Source of the DNA: Epiperipatus broadwayi
Taxonomy: Eukaryota; Animalia; Onychophora
Length of the DNA stretch: 64,000 nt
Assembly (NCBI GenBank): GCA_028023455.1
Contig: JAQFVV010000005.1
Coordinates: 7,874,001-7,938,000 of the forward strand
Direction of reading: 5' to 3'
The notes under the pieces were generated by a model. It had not been told where the DNA came from and did not search any database. It saw only the letters and a program-made list of their open reading frames with translations. Both the position numbers and the translations under genes were made by a program. The first letter of the stretch is position 1. Each line of letters starts with the position of its first letter. Positions 12,901 through 24,682 of this stretch are shown here, piece after piece.

Positions 12901-15900
12901 ATTATGATGTGGAGATTGAGATAATTGCAGTAGCCTTGGAAATTAATAATACAAATAAATTTAGTAATAAAATAGAATACTGAAGTGAGCACTGAAATTA
13001 CAGATATATAATTCCAAAAACCAAATTATAGTAACTTAAAATGTGAAATAAATATTGTGTATTTAATTATTTCTATTACACATAAATTCTATAAAAAGAT
13101 AGAGGAACATAAAAATAAATGATAGAACTTGCAAAAGTTTGCATTGGAAATTCCAAAGTTAGAAGTTTAGCTTCTAAGAAATTTTGTTAGTGAAAAAAAT
13201 TATTATATAAGATCCATATTAATTATCATAATTTATAGCAGAATAATCTTTAATTGTATATTTTAATACTAAAATTTGATGGAAAATATTTTTATTACAT
13301 AATGTAGAAGAAAATAAGAATATGAAATGGTAATTTAATAGCTCATGGGAGCATTGAACAACATTAACATATTAATTTAGCAATAAAATTTGCAATATCA
13401 AATGTCTAATGTTACTTATTATGTGAAGAATGAAGCAAAATAATAATAATATATATGTATAATTAAAAAAAAACATACAATAGCAACTAGTAAAATCATT
13501 AATTTACAAAACATAAAAACCAAAGAGCAAATATTGCATTAAATAAAAAAAGTTATGAACTTAACTTGAAATTAAAGTTTCAAGTAATATTTCATAAATT
13601 TCAGTAAAATGCAGAAAATATAAATTAAATAAACCTTATTCTAATAAATGTAAATTTTCAACTGGATTTTCCTCAATTTCCTTTTATGTCCAATGTCTGA
13701 AGAAATACATTCTGGGCAGCAATAAAATAATTGAGGTTAGCATCTATTGAAAACTATTTAACAAAAAAAAAAGATAAGTATAATTTACTTAAAAATCTAA
13801 GTCAAAATAATATAAGTGATATTTTAGTAAGAATAAAAAATAATCTGTGCAACATTTAGACTTTGGAAATCATCAAACAATTTATAAGAAGATTGGTTTA
13901 GAAATCTCAAGAGTTGAAATTCTTATAGATAATCAATAAATTCTGCAAGATCAAGTCAAAATACCAGGGAGAAAGAAATCAAATACTTCTAAGATTTTAT
14001 ATGGACTAAAGTATAATTTTAAAAAAGCCGAAGTTTTGAAGCAAGGGAAGTATATGCAATGTATGCATTTAAATTAATATATATTATAGATACATCTTCT
14101 TTATGAAAAAATATTAATTTATCCTTCTTTATGCTATGATAAAATTATATTAAAAAAACAAAACCACCTTTCCTATTACTATTACATGCTTATTTAATAA
14201 AAATTAATCAATCTTATAGTTTCATTTGATCAGCAATCTTCTTTGAGCTATTATATATATATGCATGAATACATATATAGTTAATTATATACAAACAACA
14301 TATAACTCTGAAGAAAATTGTTGGTCAATTAAAACGATAAATTTAATTTTGATAAAATAAGCATTGTAATAGTAATAAGAAAGGTAGATTTATTTTTTTA
14401 TATAGATACATACTGAATAATATTAAAATTATCATATATCTATGTTGTGTATATTTTATAATGTATAAAATAGATTTAGAATGTACTAAATATTAAAATA
14501 GAGATTGAAATAATGTTATCAGGGGATTATATACAGACGAGTTTGAGAAATAAATAAATAAAAGATAAACGGGTTACTTCATAAACAATCTATATTAATT
14601 ACTATTGTAACCACTATCTCCTATTATAATTGATTTCTCTGCATACTTCGAAAGATATTAATATTACAAAGACAAAATGTTAGATGACTTCGCAGAAGCA
14701 AGTCAAATCCAAAGTTATTCTCTTTATAGGTCTCAAAGTAGGTGCACGGAGAAATATTACTACAGATTGTGGTAATGTGAATTGGAATATTATTACGAAA
14801 AATATATGACTTATAATTTTAACTTATGGAGATACGTCTTTAATATATTGCACTCTTATTGCATAATTTATAAAACAAATTATTTCATTATACATATATT
14901 TTCTGGTTTAAAGACTTTTTACGAGTCATAAAAGTAAACTACTTTTCTTATTAATATCATAAAATGATTCACATTCCATATTGCTTATTTATATATTTTA
15001 ATTTCGTTTTACTCTCCATTCTACCTCTTCAATTGCCTGCCTTTTCTTACTATAACAGATCTCCTTCCTAACCTTTCCTACTATTATACTTAATAACAAT
15101 CTTCTTAATACAACAGTCATTTCATTAAGTGTAGCGGCCCCTACCGGAAAAGTTACTTAAGACATTTTTCGTTATTTGTCTTAATATACTATCATTTATT
15201 TTCTGAAGGAAAAAAATTAAATTTAGGTATGCTCCTATTTTCTATTCTAAATATATATTCTACATGAAAATGGTCATTTGAGATTATAATATTATCAAAA
15301 TAAGTTTGATTGATACAGTACATTTGTTTAGAAATAAACGACGTTTAACTAGCTTAATACGAATGTAAAATATCTTTTTTTTGCCTTATTAACTTGATTG
15401 GTTGTTTTTATTTTATTATGTATAATATTTTAATAATGAAATACGAAGAACAAATATTTTTAGATGAGTAACTATTGAATTTAGCTAGATTAAGGCATTC
15501 AGAAAGTAAAGCTGTTTTATAGGCCCACGATTATTCGAAGATCGAATATTTAATGTTTTGATTTTTTTTTAATCTATTTTTTTTATACTTTGAGAAGCTA
15601 TTCTGATTCACTAATTGTATTTCGGTTCTGCACGATTCAGAAGAGTGGAAGAATGGCGAGTGAAGAACATGCCCATGTTGCATGTCTTTAACACTGTCAT
15701 TTCTGCTGCTCATACTTCTATGAACAATGAACATTGGACTATTATTAATTCCAGAACCGGCCCGAATATAGGCGCATTAGGCAGGCAGTCATCTTGGACG
15801 CAAAAATTTAAGAGAGGAACAGCCAACATCAGTTAAAGAGAAATATTTCTCAATTATTTTAATATACAGTATTATGTTTTCTCAATTATTTTAATTAACT

Positions 15901-16035
15901 ATTAAATATTCATACATTTAAAACTGACCCAAAATTTAAATAGAAAAAGTTTGTTTGATTTTATTTATTGTTTTTTAGGAATCTGTTTTGGGTTCCAAAA
16001 CTTCTTGTGGCAACCCTAATTAATTCTGTACTATT

Positions 16036-16106
16036 TGTCCTATAGCTCATTGGCAGAGCATTTGACTGCAGATTAACAGGTGTTGATTCAAATTCGATTT
16101 TCCTCG
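16036..16106 (+). pseudogene. tRNA-Cys(GCA) pseudogene or tRNA-derived fragment
   Basis: TATAGCTCATTGGCAGAGCATTTGACTGCAGATTAACAGGTGTTGATTCAAATTCGATTTTCCTC follows the canonical tRNA-Cys D arm, anticodon arm (GCA) and T arm. The 5' acceptor strand (TGTCCTA) cannot pair with the 3' strand (TTTCCTC). Confidence 0.75.
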
Positions 16107-18461
16107 AACTACATTTTAATCATATACAGTATTTATAGCAGATATATAAAACCAAATGTAATACATCCAAACTTTTTATTGGGACATAAAAATAATATTG
16201 ATGTAGCACTGAAAATATTAATGAGTGAAAAATATTTACTAAGTGATACCATTACTGCTGATGTCTAGCGTGAATTATTTACTATACAATAACTATTAAA
16301 TAATATAAATCTGAACATGATAAAGAGTTATTCCTTGGGCATAATTATTCTGTTATCTAATTCGTCTTTCTGCTTCAGTCAGATAATGTAAAATACATAT
16401 ATGATTTTGTTAATTCTTTATAATACTGGAAAAACCATTTTATTTAAAAAAAATTATTTTCCATTAAGCTAATGATTATATGTTATAAAGAGCTTTATTA
16501 TTTTAAATATAATTCTAGTCATCAAAGGCTCATTAAATTTACAACATGGGACTATAGAAAACATTTGTAGAATTATAGTTTTTGATGAGAAAGAAAAATC
16601 ACAATTAAGTTTATAAATATATTAAAAGATATAGCAAACAAACAATAAGGGAAGTTACTAATAAACCTAAAAAATAGTAATACTAAGTGACTAAATGCAG
16701 TGGTAGAATAATGGATTCAAGAGTTAAATTAATCTGAGTAAACAAAGAAACACTTTAGGTTCATTACTTGAGTTCAATCTATCACTAGAAGTAAACAATT
16801 AAATGTTTAGAAATTTGTAAAAAGTTCTTTCAAAACATTATAATAAAAATTTGTGCAACAGTGAGTTGGAAAATTAATAGGATTCATTACATTGATTCAA
16901 TGAAAGATGGATGATGATGAACTCAGAATTGCACAATAGATTCCAAAAAGAAAAAGTAGGAGAACTAGAGATAGTATACCAAGTAACATATTAATCAGTA
17001 TGGAAGAGTTAATTAATACAAGCTTACAATTTTGGAAAAGAAAAAGATGTTAAATAAATTGACTGGCACAAAAATTTTACAATAAGCCAATGTTCTGCAG
17101 AGTTGGAAAAATTCAATTTTCAAAGATAAAGCTAGTAGAAATTTAGTTAATTAAGTATGACCTTTGATTATCAATTAGAAACTAATCTGCAAAATTTAAT
17201 CCACTAAATACAACAAATTCTACCCAGCCATTATCAAAATATCGAAAGTCAATGAACATTTCTGAAGCAAGTTAATTTAGTAGGGAAAGAATTGTTATAT
17301 AGTCCAATACAGAATTATTTGAATGAAGAAGCCATTATTCTCCAGGTTTTCCAGTTGTCTGATAGTTAGAATTTCAGTTTTTTTTTTCATTCTTTTTATT
17401 TTCTAACTAAATTTAGATTATTATTCGATTACTGGTCAAAATTAGATAATTATCTAGGTTTGGCTATTGGCTGCTTGCTTAAAAGCAAAATTATAAGTCA
17501 CTATATTAAGAGGCCTTATATATTAATCCAATATTTATATAGAAATTCTGACGATGTTAGTTTTAAACGCAAATCTGAGTATCAAATTAGATGAGCTTTT
17601 TTTTATTTGTGATATAGAAGGATTATGCAATACTAGCTTGAGGAGAATCACTATTATCTCGAAATATAATGGATATCACATTTGTTCTGCCAAGCAGTTT
17701 TCAAATCTATTATTTTTATTTTTTTTTACAATGTATTTAGTCATTACTGGAATATATTAGGTATAAGAGACTGTTTTTTTTATTATATTAAGTCCAATAT
17801 TTTTCAGAAAGTGTCTGAGTTATATTAGTGATAGAAATTAGTTAATATCATTATGGGATATTATTTTGTTAGAAATTAAATATTTCAGTGACATTGAATG
17901 ATATTATATGGACTGAAAATTAAATTTGCAGAAATTAATTGATGGAACAGAAGCAAAATATCAAATTGTTCTAAAGAAATAAGGGAGAGAGAGAAGTTTG
18001 CTTTAATATACTTTAGAATAAAATAGTCAGGATACATAAAGTAAAGCCACATAAATAAAGTGATGATTAAAAATAATAAATTATTAATAAAAATATAGCA
18101 TGCATTCAAAAAGTGAAAATTATATATTTAAAGAATTTGTATGATCTTTAATACTAATTGAAAACAATGTCCGGTAGATAAAAATGAAATAGATTGTATA
18201 ATTTTAAAACTTTTGGAATGCAAAATTGGCTTAATACAAGGAATTGATGGTGATTAGGAAAGGTATTTTAAAGAATTAAATATTTGTAGTATAATTTATG
18301 AGCTCAATAAAAGTGTTATTTTTTTTTAATATTTATGATTCTACAAAAAACCTAATTCTGTGAAGTTGAAGATAATAGATGAATTATCTTAATCTCTTGT
18401 GCAATTAGTGATATTGAGGGACTTCAATAAAAATATTTATAAAAGATAATTTTTTTAGTAC

Positions 18462-18516
18462 TTGAGGAGGGAGTGTACTGCCGCCATCAGATGGCGGCAG
18501 TACACTCCCTCCTCAA
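18462..18516. repeat. Perfect 27-bp inverted repeat with 1-nt spacer
   Basis: TTGAGGAGGGAGTGTACTGCCGCCATC-A-GATGGCGGCAGTACACTCCCTCCTCAA; arms are exact reverse complements, 16 of 27 positions G/C. Confidence 0.97.
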
Positions 18517-18789
18517 CTACCATTTTTTTAAACTGAAGAATCATGTCAATTTGTAAAAGACATGTTCTGAAAATGTAATTGAAGTATTGAGAGCTATTAC
18601 TAAGAAATATATAGAAATTAATATGTTTTATTGTTATTGAAAGAGCATCTGATAGATTGAATAAGATATTTATTAAAACATACTGAAAGAGGAAGGTATA
18701 GATTAAAATAAGATACATTTATTAAGAAATTTGTAAATCAAATAGAAGCTAATTGTAAACATAAATATTGTTTTACATAAATTTCAGAT

Positions 18790-19320
18790 TGAGATATTGA
18801 ATATTCCTTGTTTTATTCAATATGTAGGTAAATATTAAAATTTAATAAGTATTGCTATAATAAAGTTGAAAATAAAGTTAGAAGTTGATAGGATTATTCT
18901 GTCAAGTTTATAGATAAAATTGTGGCATTTGGAAATGGAAGGGATGAGATTAATAAAATGATATGTAGAATTGAATAAGCTTGACAGAAGTACTACAAAA
19001 GTAATTACAAATAAAAGTAAAGCTGTAAATAGATGAAAATAAGTTTAAGAATAAACATCAAACAGTGTTATAGAACAGATTGCATCTTTAAACATTTGTA
19101 AAATAATTAACTGGAGTGAAAATTGCAATGCCCAAATAAGTTTGACCAATATATGACATAATTTCATGATCATTGAATTAAATTTGAGAAAATTATTAAA
19201 TGCTATGGTTGACAGAAAGGAGACATATGGATAAATAGGAAATTGAAAAGGATTGAAATTTTTAGAAATGCTATTGGAGAAGTGTGGAAAATCTAAATTG
19301 TTACAATATATCATAGAACC
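18790..19320 (+). mobile_element. Decayed non-LTR retrotransposon (CR1/L2-like) RT C-terminal remnant
   Basis: Broken readings DIEYSL.., INKMICRIE*A*QK..TKVI, KIINW and RIEIFRNAIGEVWK recall the LEY..VW / IE.VQ..TK.I / FF.NRVV..WN pattern. Confidence 0.3.
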
Positions 19321-22289
19321 AAATATGCATAGATTATTAACAACATTGTTGTCTTTTTTCAAAAGAATGATATTAAGCTTTTCTGCAATCAGCCATTTTG
19401 TCAAGTCATAGCTCTTCCACATCAAGGTATGACAAAAGTTGCACAAATTGGCATAATTATATACAGAAAAGGTTTTTTTTTGTAATTATAGTTGTTTTTA
19501 TGTTCATTCCAGCAGATATTAGCTTGTATGATTTTTGACAAATGATAATGCTATCAACAAACATCCCAGATCAAGTTGATTGCATAGTAAGCTGTGGCAA
19601 AGTTATACTCACACATGCAGCAGTCTTTGTAGTGTATAATCACATCATAAGTATAGCTATGTTAACAATATTACTATCAAGCAACAAAGATATAAAGAAT
19701 TTTATTGGGTCTTTGATTATAATAGTTCATCATCTTGGTAGATAATAATGGATTCTCTTGGCTTGAAGATGTTGGGATGAAAGTTTATAGTTGCATTTTC
19801 TATATAGTGGAGACCATATAGCCGCACTTCTCCCACGTTTTAATTTTACATAGGCTCCAATTTCTACTGTGATCAATTCAGTCTTTAGGTTTCTCACCTA
19901 TTAATATAAGTGTCGTTTAATGGATCATATTGCTGGATTATTATAGAAAGGACCTGGGAAAATGGATTTAATAGCATAACCATCGAATGTCCACTGACTT
20001 TAGTAGATTATTCATAAGTAAACTGAAGAAAACTGCTTCTCATAATTTTTTTAAGTAAAAATTGTATCATCAAATGTGTTTCTAAGCTTTATAGTATTTA
20101 ATGTTGCATTTGCCCAAATATATCTAATATTTAAAATTTTTTAGTTGTTTTTGCAGTTTTAAGAAAAAAATATTTATTGTTTATTAAACTTAGACTAATG
20201 AATAATATTTTTAATCAAATTATGAAAAAATGCCTTGTAAACAATTTTCTGTATTTATTTATTTTTTTTTCGTTTTTTTTTTGTAGGTGTACAGACAGTA
20301 GCAGCTGAAGAACTTCATTTTTTTTTGTTTCTAAAAGTAAAAAAAATGTTCCAGCAGTATTGTAAGGAGATTCATAAAAAAAAAATGCCCCACACTTAAA
20401 TTTATGGGATGTAAATGTAATTTATTGAATTACTAAAATTTCTTGTATGTCAACTCAATCTGCTATTTCTGGATATTGAACATCATGATGATCTACCATT
20501 TGACAAACTATGAATTATAATATTTTTGTGATTTATTAATTTACAATTGATTATTATTTATTGTCATTACTAATAAAACCTGTTCCATGGTATTATATAA
20601 TCATAGAGTTATTATTACATAAAAACTATCTCTTTACAAAATGTTGAATATATTTGTTGTGACTTTTTGGAAAAGTACAATCGAATATGCTTTCTAAATG
20701 ATCATTGAACAAATAATCACAATGAAGAGATTTAGAAAACAACAAAATTGTAGAAGGAGAGGATCTATAGAGATAACATGTTTCTGATATTGACAAGAAC
20801 CAATGAAACAAATGAAAACTTAGAGTTGTGTCACATTGTAATAGTGAAAATCCTTTATAATTTTAAAGCAGCAGTAAATATTGAATTTTTAAGAGATTGA
20901 CTTAATAGATTGATGAGCAGTTTCAAAACTGTCATTGGAAATGATCTAGTATTATTGTTAAGTTTTAGTTTCCTGTTGCAGAACTATCTTTTGAAGAGAA
21001 GTTTTATATACCAACTTTATAGATAATAAATAAGTAATTATTTTAGTTTTAAAATGTCCTCAAATATATATATATATTAATGGATTTTAACATGGCAGCA
21101 ATTTGATTTTGTGAATTAATTTGAAATTGATTGTTAAGTGAAATATACCATTGCCTAAATTTTTTAAAAATAATCCCTAATAATTTATTATTTTATCGAT
21201 TCAAAGCTTCTTTTAATTAAAAATATATGATGTTTGTTTGTTGTGTCACAGATCTCCATTATATTAAAAATCTCTAAATTAGAAAATAAACATGAGTGTA
21301 ACTTTGCCCTATTTTTCATTTTGTTCCAAACCACTTTATCTTCCTGTCATAGATTTTAATTCTTAATTGTTTCAATCAGAACTTGCAGTAGAAATTTATC
21401 AAAAAATTTTTACTATAAATTTCTGATAATTTTTAGGTTAAAAAAAGATATTTAAGTTATAATTGAATGATGGAAGAGAATCAATATATTTTATTTACTT
21501 TTTATATGTGGACCAATGTGTAAATAGAATTTACACAAAAGTAAAAGTATATCTTAAATAAAAAATTGTTATATAATTTGCCACTTTTTCAGAAAGTTAT
21601 TGAAAAATTGTTAAAAGATTTTATAGATATACAAAATCACTAAACTGTCATAATAGTAATTGAATGGTCTTTTTTCTCAGGAGTTTGAGGTTCAAGCCTG
21701 GCATGACAGAGCTAGTGCTTCAATTCATGGACTTAAAACTCCAGGGTCTATCACTACAAAAAATCATGCTGAATAATAGATTGCCATGAAAATTATTTTA
21801 GTAATATCTGAATAAACTTTTAATGAATTGATTTTAATACTTATGAAATATTAGATTACTTATGGAATTATTTTATCATAAATTATTAATAAGAACAAAA
21901 TTAGTTGGTCAAAACGTTCATAAAACTAATTCAATGTAAGAAAAAAAAAATTACATTGTAATTTATGTACACAAGAATGCAAAAAAATTTAATTCCAATG
22001 TGTTTCAATCTACAATTGTTGTACAAGATAGTCTATTAAAATGAAAGTAAAAGATATATGGTAAACCTCTCTTACAAATGAGCTACCAATGCAACATGGG
22101 CTTTTGCAAGACAGTTGACAAAATTATTTCAACAGACATTAAAAAATCAAATTTTTATTGTCTCTACAGATTGAATGTTTACAAAATTTTGAAAAAGCTG
22201 TCAAAAAATGCATGGAAGAAGTAGAAAGAGTTCATTTGTAATTTAATTGAAATTTTTGATCAAACCCTTATTACTGAAAGTATATATTA

Positions 22290-22801
22290 ATGCATGAAAA
22301 AAGTTACCCAAAAGAAAAAATTTTCTTTGCAATTTTGTTATTATAAAACTGCTATGAAAAAATGATTAGGAGATTGCAATAAAAATCTTTCTATAAAGAA
22401 TTGTACAAGAGAAAAGTATTATTGTTATAGTTAGCATTTTTATCAAATTGAAATAAAATTAAAATAACTAGGGAAGAATTCACACAGCAGAAAATCTTTC
22501 ATACTTTTAATTTTACAAATATTTTAAAAAGTTATGTAAATATTATAATAAAGCAATATACAGGAAAAACACCAGTCATAAAAAGCAATATAGGGGGGAA
22601 ATGATTTTTAGTTTATTTTATGTGATTATAAGTCTCCTAAAAAATTAGAAAAAAATGAAAAAATTAAGAGAAAACAATTTTTAATGCAGTTTGTGTGACT
22701 ACAAATCAATAAAAAATACAAAAACTGTATGAAAAAATCTCACAGAGAAAATGTCTTTCTAATGTAACTTTGTCTACAATGTTGATAATGAAAAATCAGA
22801 A
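22290..22801 (+). pseudogene. Decayed C2H2 zinc-finger repeats directly upstream of the intact ORF
   Basis: Remnants such as TTTTGTTATTATAAAACTGCT, TTATGTGATTATAAGTCT, TGCAGTTTGTGTGACTACAAATCA and TGTAACTTTGTCTAC match the CxxCDYK codons of the ORF but are interrupted by stops and frameshifts. Confidence 0.7.
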
Positions 22802-24682
22802 ATGTCAATAAAAAATCATACTGTAGAAAAACCATTTAATTGCAGTTTCTGTGATTATAAAAGTCGCACAAAGGGATACTTGAAAATACATGAAAAGGTT
22901 CATATAGGGGAAAAGAGCTTTCAGTGTAGCTTTTGTGAATATAAATCTGTTAGAAAGACTCATGTTATAATACATGAAAGAATCCACACTGGAGAAAAAC
23001 CATTCAAATGCACTTTATGTGATTACAGTACTTCTCAAAAAAATCATTTACTAATCCATGAAAGGCGCCACACTGGAGAAAAACCTTTTTCTTGTAGTAT
23101 GTGTGATTACAAGTCTGTTGCAAAAGATACTTTACTAATACATGAAAAACGACATGCAGGAGTGAAACCTTACAAATGCAGTTTTTGTGATTACAAATGC
23201 ATTGTTAAAACTAGTTTAAAGGTGCATGAAAAAACTCATCATATAAGGGTAAAAACTTTCCAATGCAGTCTTTGTGATTACAAGTCTGATGTAAAAAGTT
23301 GTCTAAAATCACATGAAATAACTCATTCAATACAAAAACCATTCAAATGTAGTTTCTGTCATTACAGAACAGCTAGAAAAAGTTCTTTAAAAATACACGA
23401 ATCACTTCATTTAGAAAAAAAACATTTTCAGTGCAACTTGTGTGACTATAAATCTGCTACAAAAACTTCTTTTGCTTTACATAAAAAAACTCATAGAGGA
23501 GATAAGTCCTTTGTTTGCAGATTGTGTGATTACAAGACTGTTGAAAAAATCTATTTAAAATTACATGAAAAAAATCATGAAGGAAAAAAGCTTGTCCACT
23601 GCAGATTTTGTGATTATACTACAGTTCAAAAAGATATCTTAATATCACATGAAATAACCCATACAAATGAAAAACTTTTCCCTTGTCATGCAAGTGATTA
23701 CAAACCTGCTACAAAAAGTTGCCCAAAAGAATATGAAAAATGTCATAAAGATGAAAAATGCAGTTTTTGTGATTATAAGCGTGCTGCAAAAAGTAATTTG
23801 AAATTTCATGAAAAAGGGCATGATTATAAGCCTATTGTAAAAAGTTGCATAAAGTCATATGAAGCAACTCCTTCCATAGTAAAAGCATTCCAATGCTTTT
23901 TCTGCCATTATAAAGCTGCTACAAAAGGTAATCTGAAAATACATGAAACAATCCATTCTGAGAAAAAACCTTTTCAATGCAATTTTTGTGATTATAGTGC
24001 TGTTCAAAAGTATCATTTAATAAGACATGAAAGAAACCATGTAGGTGAAAAACCTTTCTCTTGTGAATTTTGTGATTATAAATGTGTTGCAGAAAGTTAT
24101 CTAAAACGACATGAAAAAACTCATACAGGTGAAAAACCTTTCCAATGCAGATTTTGTGATTATAAATGTGCTGTGAAAGGTTATCTAAAATTACATGAAA
24201 AAAGTCAACATACAGGAGAAAAACGTTTCCATTGCAGTTTTTGTGAGTACAAGACTGCTGTAAAATGTTTTCTAAAATCGCATGAAAGACGTCATATGAG
24301 AGCAAAAAATTATACATGTAATTTATGTGATTACAAGACTTGTTATAAAAAACAATTAAGGATACATGAAAGTAGCCATATTGAAGACCAGCCTTACCAC
24401 TGCAGCTTGTGTGAATGCAACACAACTTCTCAAAGTACTCTTGTAGGTGATAAAAAGTGTACACATATAAAACAGTCACCCTTAAATTTACATTTAAATA
24501 AAATTAAAACACATATCCAAAACTTGTCTCTTATTAGTAATGAAGTTTTTACATGTTACTTATGTGATTACAAAACTACAAAAAAAAATGTATTGGAAAT
24601 TCATGAAGCAAATCATTTTACTGATCAGGATACTCTTGAGATTTTCATACGATTCATTGGTGAAAATTTTTTAATAAATTAG
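22802..24682 (+). CDS. Tandem C2H2 (Kruppel-type) zinc-finger protein, 626 aa
   Basis: Uninterrupted ORF with about 18 intact CxxC(D/E/H)Y...HExxH fingers, TGEKPF-type linkers and 2-3 degenerate fingers. The true start or upstream exons are uncertain. Confidence 0.92.
   Translation: MSIKNHTVEKPFNCSFCDYKSRTKGYLKIHEKVHIGEKSFQCSFCEYKSVRKTHVIIHERIHTGEKPFKCTLCDYSTSQKNHLLIHERRHTGEKPFSCSMCDYKSVAKDTLLIHEKRHAGVKPYKCSFCDYKCIVKTSLKVHEKTHHIRVKTFQCSLCDYKSDVKSCLKSHEITHSIQKPFKCSFCHYRTARKSSLKIHESLHLEKKHFQCNLCDYKSATKTSFALHKKTHRGDKSFVCRLCDYKTVEKIYLKLHEKNHEGKKLVHCRFCDYTTVQKDILISHEITHTNEKLFPCHASDYKPATKSCPKEYEKCHKDEKCSFCDYKRAAKSNLKFHEKGHDYKPIVKSCIKSYEATPSIVKAFQCFFCHYKAATKGNLKIHETIHSEKKPFQCNFCDYSAVQKYHLIRHERNHVGEKPFSCEFCDYKCVAESYLKRHEKTHTGEKPFQCRFCDYKCAVKGYLKLHEKSQHTGEKRFHCSFCEYKTAVKCFLKSHERRHMRAKNYTCNLCDYKTCYKKQLRIHESSHIEDQPYHCSLCECNTTSQSTLVGDKKCTHIKQSPLNLHLNKIKTHIQNLSLISNEVFTCYLCDYKTTKKNVLEIHEANHFTDQDTLEIFIRFIGENFLIN

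Noticed and set aside
21675-21710. B-box-like GGTTCAAGCC, with similar motifs near 34420 and 47045
   Set aside because: No convincing A box or cloverleaf and no shared body among the sites, so a SINE or tRNA cannot be supported.
23919-24479. 186-aa minus-strand ORF (and 22805-22987)
   Set aside because: Antisense shadow of the repetitive zinc-finger ORF.
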